Shown here: in pieces, positions 33,810 through 45,025 of the stretch
Layout of the letters: every line of letters starts with the position of its first letter
How positions within the stretch are numbered: position 1 is the stretch's first letter
DNA from: a virus
Lineage: Duplodnaviria > Heunggongvirae > Uroviricota > Caudoviricetes
DNA: 64,000 bases
IMG/VR virus record: IMGVR_UViG_3300033994_001334
Location: 1 to 64,000 of that record
Reading direction: 5' to 3' (one strand)
The notes under the pieces: model-generated
Databases searched by the model: none
What the model saw: the letters and a program-made list of their open reading frames with translations, nothing else
Told to the model about the DNA's origin: nothing
Translations under genes and position numbers: made by a program

Positions 33810-35970
33810 AAGTTGTTCTATTTTCTAAATCAGAGATATCGGTGTTATCTTGTGTATTTCCGGTTTCTTCTGTTGGTTTATTCTTTTTGAAAACAATTTT
33901 TTCACCAAATCTTTTATCTTTGTTATCTCTTGAAAGTCTGAAACCTCTAGTACTCAAATAAGTTGTAATTTTGTCCAATTCTTCTTTAGATAAATCTTCT
34001 CCTTTATAAACTATAACACTTCTCTGAAATCTACGCGGACCTAAAAGACCTGCAGCATTTAACCTAGCATATAACTCACCACCCGATTCTGTTCTTGGTG
34101 ATGATGTGGGTTGTGTTGTTGATGCGGTTGTATCAGAAACAGGTTTAGTGTTCTCAATTGGTTTCACATCAGGGATTACCGGTTTTTTTGTATCTGTGGT
34201 TGTTGTACCCGTAGTACTAATAGTTGTACCTGTATTGGTTGTTGTACCTGTTGTAGATGTTGGATTACATTTTTCTTTAATTCTTTTGTATGTGTCCTCA
34301 TTAATTTCAGAAGTACCGTATAATTCCTGTAGTTTCTTTAATGTTATCGGTCCAAAATTACCTGTCTGCCATTTTTTTGGAAATCCAAAACATATTTGAA
34401 CTTCTTTTATAATCGGACCTCTATGTCCAAAACTATATGGGAATTTATCTCTATCAGTATACTTAGTTGATTTTTTTGTATCTTCAGATGATTTAACAAC
34501 TGGAGTTTCAGGTTCTGCGGTTTTTTCTCCATCCCATGTGATATTAATACCACCGATTCCTCCACCAGTAGATGGGTTAGGTGTTATTGTTGGGGTTGGT
34601 GTGGTTTTACCACCTTCAATTTGTGAAATTAAACTTGACATTTCTCTTTTAGCTCTTGCGGATGATGCTTTAGTTGTGGTAATATATGTTAATGACTTTT
34701 GCAAACTTCCACGACCATATCCAGCATCTTTATAAGATTTTAAGAATTCTTTACCTTTTGGACTTGTTGAATATTTTTTAAGCATTGCTAACGCATCTTG
34801 CATATCATTACTTGTTACTGGAAAATCCAATAAATCAATCATAGTTTCCACATCACTATCTATTTCAGAATCTGTCTGTTCATTTAAAAACATTTCTTTA
34901 ATTACAGCTTCACCATCTTTACATGTCCAAGAACCCATTTTACCATTACCACTTAATCTCACTCTACCATTTGAATAAAATTGTAAACCACCTAACTTAT
35001 CATATTCTGCATTACCTGTTTTAGTAACTACTACTGAAACCTCACCACTAGGTGATGAGCTAACAACTCCTGATTTATTATTAATTAAGTTTTGAATACA
35101 TGGTGCCCAATCACCATTTACCGTAGGTTCGTTTTCAGGTAAATCATCAGGAACAATTTCCGCATTGTCATAGAACCACCACCATAGAGCTAAAGCCCCT
35201 ACTCCAATACCAGCACCCCAAGCAAGAACTTTTTTCCAATTCCATTTTTTGTTTTTGATACCATCAAGTAATTCTTGTGTTCTTTTTATTAAAGTAGTTT
35301 TTTGAGCCGGAGGAACAGTAGTACCATTTGTTTTAGTGTTTAGGTTTTTAGTTTTACCCGTTGAGGTTTTTTTAAGTTTTCTTTTTTGAACACCTTTTTG
35401 ATATGCGGTTTTAAAGTTCTTGTCTTTTTTAGCGTTTTCCATTAATGACTTAACGGCATTATCACTATATCCTTTACTTTTTAATGCCGCCTCCATTTCT
35501 TTTGGTGTCATTTTACCATAATTCTTAATAAAAGTATCGGTTCCTACAACTTCCTTTGCAATATCTTCAATAATCTGTGTTGGTGTTTTTGCCGATTTTA
35601 ATAAACCTTGATTAAACAATGCAAGGGTTTGGTCGGTCATACCCCTATCGGTTCTTAATGCATATAATAAATCATCAATATTCTCGATGTTAACAAATTT
35701 ATTTGGTGATAATTTGGTTAAACCTTTAATTTGATTTTTATCCTTTTTAGCATATGTTAGAACATCACTAAAAGCAGCATGTAATGCGGGTTCGGCAGTA
35801 CTTAATGCCTTAGCATCACCACTAAAAGTTTTAATCCACGTTCTATTAAATTCGTTAATTGTTTGAACCTCTTCGTTTTCAATAATAACCTTATCTGATA
35901 AAAGTTTATTTTCGATAGATTCCATTAGATTCATGTAATTTCTAATCATTTGGGAGTCTTTGTTTTCCAT
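33781..35970 (-). CDS. large membrane-anchored protein with Thr/Gly/Asn-rich linkers
   Basis: 729 aa. One TM (GAGIGVGALALWWWFY). Low-complexity TTGTTTN… linkers. Confidence 0.5.
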   Translation of the reverse strand: MENKDSQMIRNYMNLMESIENKLLSDKVIIENEEVQTINEFNRTWIKTFSGDAKALSTAEPALHAAFSDVLTYAKKDKNQIKGLTKLSPNKFVNIENIDDLLYALRTDRGMTDQTLALFNQGLLKSAKTPTQIIEDIAKEVVGTDTFIKNYGKMTPKEMEAALKSKGYSDNAVKSLMENAKKDKNFKTAYQKGVQKRKLKKTSTGKTKNLNTKTNGTTVPPAQKTTLIKRTQELLDGIKNKKWNWKKVLAWGAGIGVGALALWWWFYDNAEIVPDDLPENEPTVNGDWAPCIQNLINNKSGVVSSSPSGEVSVVVTKTGNAEYDKLGGLQFYSNGRVRLSGNGKMGSWTCKDGEAVIKEMFLNEQTDSEIDSDVETMIDLLDFPVTSNDMQDALAMLKKYSTSPKGKEFLKSYKDAGYGRGSLQKSLTYITTTKASSARAKREMSSLISQIEGGKTTPTPTITPNPSTGGGIGGINITWDGEKTAEPETPVVKSSEDTKKSTKYTDRDKFPYSFGHRGPIIKEVQICFGFPKKWQTGNFGPITLKKLQELYGTSEINEDTYKRIKEKCNPTSTTGTTTNTGTTISTTGTTTTDTKKPVIPDVKPIENTKPVSDTTASTTQPTSSPRTESGGELYARLNAAGLLGPRRFQRSVIVYKGEDLSKEELDKITTYLSTRGFRLSRDNKDKRFGEKIVFKKNKPTEETGNTQDNTDISDLENRTTFDDEFTTNK

Positions 35971-36006
35971 AATATATGTTTTTTCTATTTTATTAATTTT
36001 TTATTT

Positions 36007-37254
36007 TTACCATTCGACACTATCATAATCGGGTTTAACATTTGAACCTGATAATGCGTTGGAAATTTGGTCATATTCATCTCGTTCTTTATATTTTTGA
36101 TACGTACCTAAAGCCGCGAGAGGGGTCAATGTATTTGCTGTTGCTTGAACTGCTTTACCCCCTCCAAGTTTTGAGGCCAGTTTACCCGGTGAGCTTAATA
36201 CTTTTAAACCAAATCCTAAAACCGCTTTTATTGAATTTATCAATTTAGTGATGAATTTTGTTAACCCGTTCATTATACCTGAAAGGAATTTATACATCAT
36301 TGGAGATTTTGTTTTTAAAAATTCGGCCGCCCTGGTCATAATACTTGATGCTTTAGTTGAACCTTCAAGTATTTTTGTTAGGATACCTTTAAATTGTGGA
36401 CTTGATTTAGCTGCTTCCGATAAACCTTTAGTTGATGTTCCGAATTTTCTTAATAGAGACCCAACGATTCCTTTTGATGTTTTTGCTGCAGCTCCTGCAA
36501 ACACTAAACCTATAATATCAATCCCAAAGAATAATAACCTTGTAATCATATTTTCATTAGGGTCCTCATAGTTACCCGAAATTAATTCGTATATATCAAG
36601 AGCAACTACAATTGACCAAACAACAAATTGAAATCCTTTACCAATACCTGTAGCAATTAAAATTGCATCAAGTATTAAACCAACCGGATTATACAATGCT
36701 GACCTAATACTTCTGGCAACATATAAAGCTCCTTTTTTTAATAGATTGACAATTTTCATCCAATCACCTTCGGATATTGCGATACCTAATTTTTTTAACC
36801 CTTCGTAACCTGTTTTTACAAAATCGGTAACTCCTTTAACTGTATTTGTTGCGGTTTCTTTAGCCCAATTTCCCAAATCACCTAGTACTCCCCAATCCTT
36901 ATCCTCTTTTAATAGTTCTTTAAATAATGGTTTTAATGGTGTTAAATTTTGAGTAGATTCGGTTAATAAAAAAGAATCTAAAGTTTTTAATACATCCTCT
37001 TTAATTTGTTGTGGTATTGTGGTTGATACTTCAAAAGAATGTTTTAGGAAAAATTTAAAATTATCAAAATTTTCCCAAACATTACCTAATTTAGTTTTGG
37101 ATTGAATATCGTAAAGTTCATCTAAAAAAATTACATATTTTTCATCTGGTGATAACCAATCAGAGATTACAAAATCTAAAGAAACGGGAGTTTCATAAAG
37201 ATTTTTAATTCTTACCCTTTCTGATTCGGTTATTATTATTTTTCTATTACCCAT
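36007..37254 (-). CDS. multi-pass membrane protein, hypothetical
   Basis: 415 aa with several hydrophobic helices. Confidence 0.5.
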   Translation of the reverse strand: MGNRKIIITESERVRIKNLYETPVSLDFVISDWLSPDEKYVIFLDELYDIQSKTKLGNVWENFDNFKFFLKHSFEVSTTIPQQIKEDVLKTLDSFLLTESTQNLTPLKPLFKELLKEDKDWGVLGDLGNWAKETATNTVKGVTDFVKTGYEGLKKLGIAISEGDWMKIVNLLKKGALYVARSIRSALYNPVGLILDAILIATGIGKGFQFVVWSIVVALDIYELISGNYEDPNENMITRLLFFGIDIIGLVFAGAAAKTSKGIVGSLLRKFGTSTKGLSEAAKSSPQFKGILTKILEGSTKASSIMTRAAEFLKTKSPMMYKFLSGIMNGLTKFITKLINSIKAVLGFGLKVLSSPGKLASKLGGGKAVQATANTLTPLAALGTYQKYKERDEYDQISNALSGSNVKPDYDSVEW

Positions 37255-37297
37255 TATAATTTTGTGGTTTAATATATAAATATCCCATAAATGTTAA

Positions 37298-37564
37298 TTA
37301 TTTCAATCGATATTTGTTCCTTGAAACTTTTGAACCCACAATATCCGACCACTTAGTAACACCTATTTGATTTGCTGGTCCTTCTCTCCCTGTACCCGAT
37401 TCCCATTTACCAACTTCAGGATATCCCTGTTTACTTCCTGAACTACCCGTACCGGATGTAGGTTGTGCTGCGGCTGGGTCTGTAGGTTGCTCCTCAATCT
37501 GTTTGGGTTTATTAATATGTCCTAAAATTAGGTCATATTGTTTTTCGGATATCTGTATCTTCAT
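37298..37564 (-). CDS. hypothetical protein
   Basis: 88-aa ORF. Confidence 0.4.
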   Translation of the reverse strand: MKIQISEKQYDLILGHINKPKQIEEQPTDPAAAQPTSGTGSSGSKQGYPEVGKWESGTGREGPANQIGVTKWSDIVGSKVSRNKYRLK

Positions 37565-37662
37565 GTTAATATATAAATAGTCAAATTTTTATTTAAAAAA
37601 ACTTGTTACACTATAAATAATACGTAATTTAGGTTTAAATTTAAACCTAAATGGAGAAACAA

Positions 37663-38031
37663 TTACTCATCGTAAATTGTACCATCAATTTGTGCAAACA
37701 ATTTAATGTACTGTCCGGCTTTAGAGTTTGCTTCATCTTCAATATCCCCACCAATATCTGCGGGTTTTACTAATAACCTACCCTCTTCAAATTGTTTGTG
37801 ATGTACCATTTCGTGAGCAATACTTCTCATAACATCAACCAACGCTCTGTTTTTTGAATTTACCCTAATAATTTTATTCTCTTTTGAATAATCATAATTA
37901 GCGGTTGTTTTAAGTTCACCTCTACCATTTTGTAAAACAATAGTAGGACACTTCTCAAGTTGAAGTTCCTTTCTAACGAATTTTACAAATTCAGTAATTA
38001 TCCCTTTTTTATTGTCGTTTAAAGAGTTCAT
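37663..38031 (-). CDS. small HExxH metallopeptidase-like protein
   Basis: IAHEMVHHKQ zincin motif. 122 aa. Confidence 0.4.
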   Translation of the reverse strand: MNSLNDNKKGIITEFVKFVRKELQLEKCPTIVLQNGRGELKTTANYDYSKENKIIRVNSKNRALVDVMRSIAHEMVHHKQFEEGRLLVKPADIGGDIEDEANSKAGQYIKLFAQIDGTIYDE

Positions 38032-38115
38032 AACATATAAATATATTGGTATTCTGAATAATTTTTATGTTTTATATATACAACTAATGGTGTTTTCATT
38101 ATAATTACTAGTATT

Positions 38116-38448
38116 ATGGATTGGTACGTTATTGAATATCTATACCCAAATGCATTGAACAAATTTATTAAAACTATGTTCCCAAATGTTGGTGTGCCTT
38201 GTTTATCGGTACTTTCGTATTACGATATTAAAAAACTTTATTCTTTTTTTGATAAATTTGGAATATATTTGACCGTTGAAACATACACAAAAGACATGTG
38301 GGGTTATACAATTTCATTGAACGATGGACGTGTTTTTTGTCCCATTCAAGAACCTAAAACAAGTAGGGAAGGTACTGAAATTGAGGGGTTTTATGAGTGT
38401 TTTAAACTGTTAGAAAAAAAATTAGAAAATATTTATTATTATGGATGA
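38116..38448 (+). CDS. hypothetical protein
   Basis: 110-aa ORF. Confidence 0.4.
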   Translation: MDWYVIEYLYPNALNKFIKTMFPNVGVPCLSVLSYYDIKKLYSFFDKFGIYLTVETYTKDMWGYTISLNDGRVFCPIQEPKTSREGTEIEGFYECFKLLEKKLENIYYYG

Positions 38449-38737
38449 GACCTTTGCATACCTACTACACACCGCAAGATTAATAACATCCAATAAACAT
38501 ACAAAAGATGATGTTGATTTTATTAATGACTTATTATTGAGTCTTGACAATGAGACTTTAATTCGTTATTTTAATACAAAGACAGTCGATACTATCGGTT
38601 GTGATTATAATTTATTTGTAAAACTTTGTAAATACGCAATTCATTATTATGAAAATAGTGAAGAGTATGAAAAGTGTGATAAATTAAAAAATAAAATGAA
38701 CGAGTCGGAAGACATAATTAAATTAAAAACAACGTAA
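38441..38737 (+). CDS. hypothetical protein
   Basis: 98-aa ORF overlapping the upstream stop. Confidence 0.4.
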   Translation: MDETFAYLLHTARLITSNKHTKDDVDFINDLLLSLDNETLIRYFNTKTVDTIGCDYNLFVKLCKYAIHYYENSEEYEKCDKLKNKMNESEDIIKLKTT

Positions 38738-38738
38738 T

Positions 38739-38885
38739 ATGAGCGGATTAAACATGAGTGAGGAGGAGAAGAAAAAAATTCTTCAACAACACAAAAAAGC
38801 AACAAGTGATGTAAATCAAAAAAGGGATGAACTTAAAAAAGGTTTACAGAACCCAAAACCAGAAAACAAAAAACCTAATCGTTAA
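38739..38885 (+). CDS. small basic protein (48 aa) followed by a terminator at 38873-38900
   Basis: ATG 2 nt after the previous stop. Hairpin CCTAATC…GATTAGG + T7. Confidence 0.3.
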   Translation: MSGLNMSEEEKKKILQQHKKATSDVNQKRDELKKGLQNPKPENKKPNR

Positions 38886-38888
38886 TGA

Positions 38889-39116
38889 TTAGGTTTTTTT
38901 CTTAGATGTTATCTTTGATAATATAAAAAAAGATAACCAAAAACATCCTGAAATAAAGTAGAAAACGATATCTGCACCCCAATACGAACCAGTTACCTCC
39001 ATCATCAATCTGAATAAAGCGTCGTACCCAAATGGGAGAAAGAACATCGCTAACATAAGCGACGTATCTCGATAGAGGGTCAGTCTTGTCTCTTTGTGTT
39101 TGAATTTGCGTATCAC
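38889..39116 (-). CDS. small membrane protein
   Basis: 75 aa with two TM helices. Confidence 0.4.
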   Translation of the reverse strand: MIRKFKHKETRLTLYRDTSLMLAMFFLPFGYDALFRLMMEVTGSYWGADIVFYFISGCFWLSFFILSKITSKKKT

Positions 39117-39198
39117 TATCGGGGTCCATATGTTTATATTAATATGTTTATGGTTTGAAACCTGTCGTAGTGATAAATATATTCAAAAATTGAAAATA

Positions 39199-42100
39199 TT
39201 AATTTTCTCTTCTTTCGTGTGCTTGATAATGTTTGATTCTATCGTGCCATATTGGTGCAGCTAATAAAATAGCCGGTTTAATGTTACCTAATTTAGTTTC
39301 TTGATAGATATGTGACATCCACGTTTGTTCAAATGGGTGTCCCCACTTAGTGTCTATGAACATCTTTTTATTACCCTCTTTACTAACAATCATAGGCCAG
39401 TTAGCGTAATAAACCTCGCCATCCAAGTAAGCCAATCCATCAAAAACTCTCATATTTTTAAAATTTGTTAGTGGTGCATTTGGGTCTAATCCCGTAACAG
39501 GTAATTTATCATAATCCGGCCAATCTCTAGTTCTTATTGCTTGGGGAACATTGTACCATGTACATTGTTTATCGTTATCGAAATAAACTTCAGTAAAGGT
39601 TAACTTTAAGAAATCAAATTTATCTCGTAACATAATTTTATGAACTATGTTATAAAGATTTGGAATATACTTTCTAAAACCATTTCTACAAAACTGACCT
39701 TCAATCTCTGGTGGGTTTACCGTCATATCATCTTCAAAGAAAAACATGAAGTCCGCATCAGATTCATGAAAATGTTCCGCGGCGGCTTGTCTACCACCAC
39801 ATATACCAGTGTTACCACCTAAACTAACATATTCAAAATTATACTGTTTAGCAATCTCCCTATTTTGGTCTCTAACTTCTTCTGTAGTTGAGTTATCCAA
39901 TAAAACCAAATGAGGTTTGTTTAACCATATTGGTGTTTTTTCCATTGATTTTATTGTATGTAAAACTTGTTCGGGGAAATTAAATGTTAGGATGTATAAA
40001 TTTGTTTTAACATTGTCAACATCTCTATCGGTGTATTTAATTGCATTATTGATTTTAGATTTATTGGGTGTAACAATTTTCACATCATTATCAATTACCG
40101 CTTGTGTGAATTTCACAATCAATCCATTACCATCAAGTTCGTATCTTCTATATAAGTCAGGTTCATTATATGACATTATAGTGAAAATACTCTCTTCTGT
40201 TCCCATATAACCAGCATTAATGGTTTTGGTCATTAAAGAATAATACGTTGAATTGGCCTCATTTAATTGTTGTTTATGACCACCAAATAAACCACCTCTA
40301 CAAACATACTCAACTTTAGACCCAGCAAAACGATTCATAGCATCAAATTCAAATCCATGAATTTCATTATTTGCTTCATATGGGTAACTCAAGAATAAAA
40401 ATGGATTACCATACTCCGTTAATTTATCTAAAATGTTATTTTCAACTAAATGTGTGTGAGGTACGGTATTTGTTATACCCGCATCCAACCAAAAGAAATA
40501 TTCTGTGTTAAACGGATTCCAAATTGAGGAGTCATTTAACATAAACATTTTTGATTGGACGATTGGGTTATACCATTCCAACTGTGCTTGAGGAGAACCT
40601 GGCAACCATCCGGCTAAATTTAACCATTCAGGATTGTTTCTTATTTCTTGTGTCTTATCCCAAAAAGGTCTGTAAATGTTTTTTACATCATCCAATTCAT
40701 AAATCTTAACAAAGGTATTTTCGGGTGTCCTTTTTTCCCAAACCAAATATTCATATTCTTTTGGAATGTAAATAAATAAATTTTGAGGTATATCTAAAAA
40801 CTTCTTAAAGTTTTCAATGTAATGGTCGAAGCTTCTACCGGTTCTGTTTATGTCCCATAATCCGGTTACAATGGTTAAATTCTTATTCACGTTAAATGTA
40901 GGTGTATTATTCTCAATTTCATTAGATTGAGTTTTATAAGTATTTTTTGAAAATTCCTCAGTATCATTTGTTAAACCTCTCTTAGAGTAATTTTTTCTTA
41001 TACATAGAAAAGTACCTTCATAAGATACGTCAAGATAATAATTATAAAAACATTCATGTTCATTAATTACCTCCATTAGTTCCTTATTGTATTCATTGAA
41101 AACATTAATTCCATCTCCACCACCTTTAATATCCTCAATTATATAGTATCCACCTTCTTTTACTTTACTAAAAAGGTTTTTAAATGTTGTTATTTGTGCA
41201 ATTGCGGTATGTAATCCATCATCAATAATAACATCAAATTCTAAATCTTTAAGGTTTATGATACATGAACTTGAATCTAAAGAACTCATCAAAAATGTTT
41301 TAATTCTCTCTTCTTCAATCATACAATCTTCAGCAACATCCATTCCATATATGTTACCTTTTGTAAAGTATTCTCTCCACATTCTTAAACATGCTGATGG
41401 TTTATAATGTGGATATGAATTTGTAATATCAGCAAAACTAGATTCAATCTCAGGCATCAATGTACCTAAACCAATCTCTAAATGGTTAATATTATCATGT
41501 CTAATACTTTCAAGTATTTTACTGTAATAGTTGTTGTATCCCGATTGTATTTTATCACTACCATATTTTAGTACGATATTATTAAACGATAATGAAACTT
41601 TTTTTTCAATTTCTTCTTCAATATCTTGAAGTTGTTGGTAAATCTCTAAAGCAACGGCATCAATATCTTGACCGATATCAACAATATACCCGTGGTAAGA
41701 CAATAAAGCTTGTGTCTGTAACTTTTCTTCTTCTGTTAAATTAATATATTCTAACCTTATAAATTTAGGTCTATATTTGGTTAAATCTAATTGTTTGAAA
41801 ATGTTCCAATCGTATCCTTCGGCATCACATATTAATATGTCAAAATATTCAATGTTGTATTTTTTAAGTAATGAATCAAATGTTAAAGATGGTACGGTTA
41901 CGTTAACACCAAATTGACCCATAACATCAATATCCGGTTGGTAATTACTACCAAACCCATTCTTTAATGGGTACATAGCACTCATACCTTTATATCCAGG
42001 ATGTAATCCTTCTCTTACAATAACATCAGGAGGTATGGTTAACATTTCTATTTCCCCATCGTGTTCCGTTATTGCACATTGCTCAAAAGTATAGTTTAAC

Positions 42101-42294
42101 CTATCTTTAAAATTTTCTTTTAATTCATTAAAAATTGCGGGAATTGGTTCTACTAAAAGTGATTTCCACTTGTACATATCTAAGAACCCTCTAGTGTCAT
42201 CAAAATTAACACCATCCATTGCCCCAATTTGTATAACAGATGCGTCCTCGTAATTTTTACCTATATAATGTAGTGTTTTTGATATTAAATCCAT
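39199..42294 (-). CDS. trifunctional sugar-modifying enzyme: FkbM-family methyltransferase + class-I SAM MTase (TylF/CmcI-like) + GT2-like glycosyltransferase
   Basis: N-terminus VIQIGAMDGVNFDD…FEQCAITEHDGEIEM (FkbM). Middle HLEIGLGT…VIIDDGLHT…GGYYIIEDI. C-terminus LVLLDNSTTEE…FFEDDMTV. 1031 aa. Confidence 0.65.
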   Translation of the reverse strand: MDLISKTLHYIGKNYEDASVIQIGAMDGVNFDDTRGFLDMYKWKSLLVEPIPAIFNELKENFKDRLNYTFEQCAITEHDGEIEMLTIPPDVIVREGLHPGYKGMSAMYPLKNGFGSNYQPDIDVMGQFGVNVTVPSLTFDSLLKKYNIEYFDILICDAEGYDWNIFKQLDLTKYRPKFIRLEYINLTEEEKLQTQALLSYHGYIVDIGQDIDAVALEIYQQLQDIEEEIEKKVSLSFNNIVLKYGSDKIQSGYNNYYSKILESIRHDNINHLEIGLGTLMPEIESSFADITNSYPHYKPSACLRMWREYFTKGNIYGMDVAEDCMIEEERIKTFLMSSLDSSSCIINLKDLEFDVIIDDGLHTAIAQITTFKNLFSKVKEGGYYIIEDIKGGGDGINVFNEYNKELMEVINEHECFYNYYLDVSYEGTFLCIRKNYSKRGLTNDTEEFSKNTYKTQSNEIENNTPTFNVNKNLTIVTGLWDINRTGRSFDHYIENFKKFLDIPQNLFIYIPKEYEYLVWEKRTPENTFVKIYELDDVKNIYRPFWDKTQEIRNNPEWLNLAGWLPGSPQAQLEWYNPIVQSKMFMLNDSSIWNPFNTEYFFWLDAGITNTVPHTHLVENNILDKLTEYGNPFLFLSYPYEANNEIHGFEFDAMNRFAGSKVEYVCRGGLFGGHKQQLNEANSTYYSLMTKTINAGYMGTEESIFTIMSYNEPDLYRRYELDGNGLIVKFTQAVIDNDVKIVTPNKSKINNAIKYTDRDVDNVKTNLYILTFNFPEQVLHTIKSMEKTPIWLNKPHLVLLDNSTTEEVRDQNREIAKQYNFEYVSLGGNTGICGGRQAAAEHFHESDADFMFFFEDDMTVNPPEIEGQFCRNGFRKYIPNLYNIVHKIMLRDKFDFLKLTFTEVYFDNDKQCTWYNVPQAIRTRDWPDYDKLPVTGLDPNAPLTNFKNMRVFDGLAYLDGEVYYANWPMIVSKEGNKKMFIDTKWGHPFEQTWMSHIYQETKLGNIKPAILLAAPIWHDRIKHYQAHERREN

Positions 42295-42299
42295 TTTTT

Positions 42300-45008
42300 T
42301 TATTTTTTATAATCGTATATTACTTCACTTATTTTTTCTTCTCCAATTCCATTTTGGTTCTTGTAGAACTCAACTAAAGATTCTTTATTTTTTTCAAAAA
42401 ATTCTTCTCTTGAGTTTGCTATTTCTAATTTATACATGCTTCTATATAAAAATTCATGGTGTAACGAAAAAAAATCATTTTCAGGATGGTATATATGTTT
42501 AACAATTCTAAAATCATTGGTTTCAACATCATATAGTTTATTAAAAAGACTACCTATCATAGAAGTTATCCATTCGTCTGGTACTGTCCAATTATTACCA
42601 TGTAATGTTGATGAATTAATTTCGTGTGCCATTTTAATTGTTCCATCCCATAAATTGAAATATTTTTTTAGTAAGTTAATATCATTAAACCAAAATCCTC
42701 TAAGCCACCCATCAATAGTAATTGAAGGGAATTCAAATCCCTCTATAGTTTCCCAATCAATTCCCTCTTTTTCAAAAATATCTTTTGTATATGAAATTGC
42801 ATCCAAATTATGAACACCACAAGACATTAGTGGACCAAATAAGACATTTTTACCGTCGTATTTATTTTTCATTTCATTATACATGTATTTTAATTCATCA
42901 TTAAAATTAATTAAACAATCCGAATCCAATAATGCAAATTTAGTAATACCTCTTTCAATTAACCACGGTAGAATATATCTCTGAGTTGATGATGAAAATC
43001 TTATTTTTTCTTCGTAATTTTTAATAAGTTTTTGAATATATAATTCATCATTTGATTCTTTAATCACCGGTTCATGTTCTCTACTAAAATCGTCAATTAT
43101 ATCATTTGAATCTACAACAATAAGATTAAATTTTACATCAATATCTTTTAATAATTCAGGTGTTGGTGTCATCACAATAACATTAACATTTTCAGGTATA
43201 TATTTAAAAGTTACCATCATTGTTTTAATGAATTGTGGACCAACTGGATAATAAACAAAATAAAAATCACTCATGTCCACCACATCCGTATTAGTAATAG
43301 ACTCTTCTATCTCAATCGATTCTTCAATAATAGTTGATTCTTTTACTTCAGTTAAATTAACTACAGGAGATGGAATTAAATGTGGGTCACCACATTTTTT
43401 AAAATAATAATTTTCAAGTACTAAACCATTCATTTCACTTTCTTTGAATATTTTAAATGCATCTTCAATTGTAGATAAAATTGGTTTTCCGTCTACATTA
43501 AATGATGTGTTCAATAAAACACCAATACCGGTTTTTTCGTTAAACATTGTAAGTAAATCATATAAAAATTCATTTTGTTGCCTAGTTACGGTTTGAACTC
43601 TAGCAGTCCCATCAACGTGGGTTATTGCACTTAATTTTTCTCTCCATTCCTCTCTAACTCTTGGACAAAAACTCATAAATCTAGATTCACCTTCCCAATA
43701 AAAATATTTGGATACATCTTCTAATCTAACAACAGGAGCGAATGGTCTGTACCATTCCCTGTGTTTAACTTTTTCATTTAAAATATCCTTCATATTAGGT
43801 ATTGATGGGTTACATAAAATACTTCTATTTCCTAATGCTCTAGGTCCATGTTCAGACCTACCTACAGCAACTCCAACAATTGAACCATTTATTAAATCAT
43901 CAGCTAATGTATTCAAATCTAATTCTGAAGATTTAAAGAAAAAATCTTGATTTTGAATTTTATTTCCCAGTGTTTCAAAATCCAGTAATTTAGTACCACT
44001 ATACGTTACATCAATTTGTTTTTTTGGTTTAATTTCATGTAACATCATACCTAAAGCAATTCCACAATCATTTGGGTTAGGACCAACAAATACTTCTTTG
44101 TTAAACTCTTCTTTAATTCTTGTGTTTAAAATAATATTCAATGCACATCCACCAGCAATGCAAATAGGTAAATCAGGATATTTTTCAATATATGGTTTAG
44201 CAACTTCTAAAAAACATTCTTCAAACGCTTTCTGACTTGTTGTTGCAATATTATATGCAATTTCATCTTTAAATCTATTGTTTATATCAAATGTTAAACC
44301 AATTTCATCTCCTAAAATTTTAAGTCTTTCCATATAATTCATTCCATTAACATCACTTTTATAAAATGTTATAAACGGATTTAACCATTCTTCTATAACT
44401 TTACCATAAGAAGATAGACCCATTACTTTACCTGGGTAAACTAAATTACCAATTGAAATATCTTGAAATTTAATATCATCAAGAAAATGAGCAAATATCA
44501 TGAAAGGAAAACCTAAATCATATTTAATATGGGGATAGTTAAATTTTGGGTTGTTAACCGATTCTAATAACTCAACTGAATTTTCTCTTGTTGCGGTATA
44601 GATATTGAATTTTCCATCGTTACCCCCACCATCAAATGAGAATATCAATGCACTCTCAAATGGTGATTGATAAAAACATCCGGCGGCATGTGCTTCGTGA
44701 TGATTTGATGTAATGAAATTTTTAGCCGGTATAAATTCTCTAGCCAAATCATGATTGCCATCGTAAATAATATCAGTATTTAAAGTGTAACAATTTTCGA
44801 ACTCATTGATGTTCAATAAATTCATTATGTATTGTGGTATGTACTTCGATAAAAAATATATATCTAAAACTTTTGGACACATATATTGAGCCATACCACT
44901 ATTTTTATAATTAAGAAACCTTTCAACTTCTAAAACAAGTAAGATTTCCCCTCCGTCCTCAACTACGTATGATGCATTATGAGACCCGTAAAAAGATAAA
45001 TTTGCCAT
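42300..45008 (-). CDS. NodU/CmcH-family carbamoyltransferase fused to a ~340-aa C-terminal domain of unknown function
   Basis: N-terminus YGSHNASYVVEDGG…NHHEAHAAGCFY…FDGGGNDG, the carbamoyltransferase HxxAH signature. 902 aa. Confidence 0.7.
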   Translation of the reverse strand: MANLSFYGSHNASYVVEDGGEILLVLEVERFLNYKNSGMAQYMCPKVLDIYFLSKYIPQYIMNLLNINEFENCYTLNTDIIYDGNHDLAREFIPAKNFITSNHHEAHAAGCFYQSPFESALIFSFDGGGNDGKFNIYTATRENSVELLESVNNPKFNYPHIKYDLGFPFMIFAHFLDDIKFQDISIGNLVYPGKVMGLSSYGKVIEEWLNPFITFYKSDVNGMNYMERLKILGDEIGLTFDINNRFKDEIAYNIATTSQKAFEECFLEVAKPYIEKYPDLPICIAGGCALNIILNTRIKEEFNKEVFVGPNPNDCGIALGMMLHEIKPKKQIDVTYSGTKLLDFETLGNKIQNQDFFFKSSELDLNTLADDLINGSIVGVAVGRSEHGPRALGNRSILCNPSIPNMKDILNEKVKHREWYRPFAPVVRLEDVSKYFYWEGESRFMSFCPRVREEWREKLSAITHVDGTARVQTVTRQQNEFLYDLLTMFNEKTGIGVLLNTSFNVDGKPILSTIEDAFKIFKESEMNGLVLENYYFKKCGDPHLIPSPVVNLTEVKESTIIEESIEIEESITNTDVVDMSDFYFVYYPVGPQFIKTMMVTFKYIPENVNVIVMTPTPELLKDIDVKFNLIVVDSNDIIDDFSREHEPVIKESNDELYIQKLIKNYEEKIRFSSSTQRYILPWLIERGITKFALLDSDCLINFNDELKYMYNEMKNKYDGKNVLFGPLMSCGVHNLDAISYTKDIFEKEGIDWETIEGFEFPSITIDGWLRGFWFNDINLLKKYFNLWDGTIKMAHEINSSTLHGNNWTVPDEWITSMIGSLFNKLYDVETNDFRIVKHIYHPENDFFSLHHEFLYRSMYKLEIANSREEFFEKNKESLVEFYKNQNGIGEEKISEVIYDYKK

Positions 45009-45025
45009 ATGATATTTTTTTTATT

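Noticed and set aside
42436-43950. Plus-strand ORFs 42436-42813 and 43708-43950 (and similar antisense ORFs in the glycan locus and elsewhere)
   Set aside because: Antisense to long, motif-bearing minus-strand genes. Hydrophobic low-complexity translations typical of AT-rich antisense frames.
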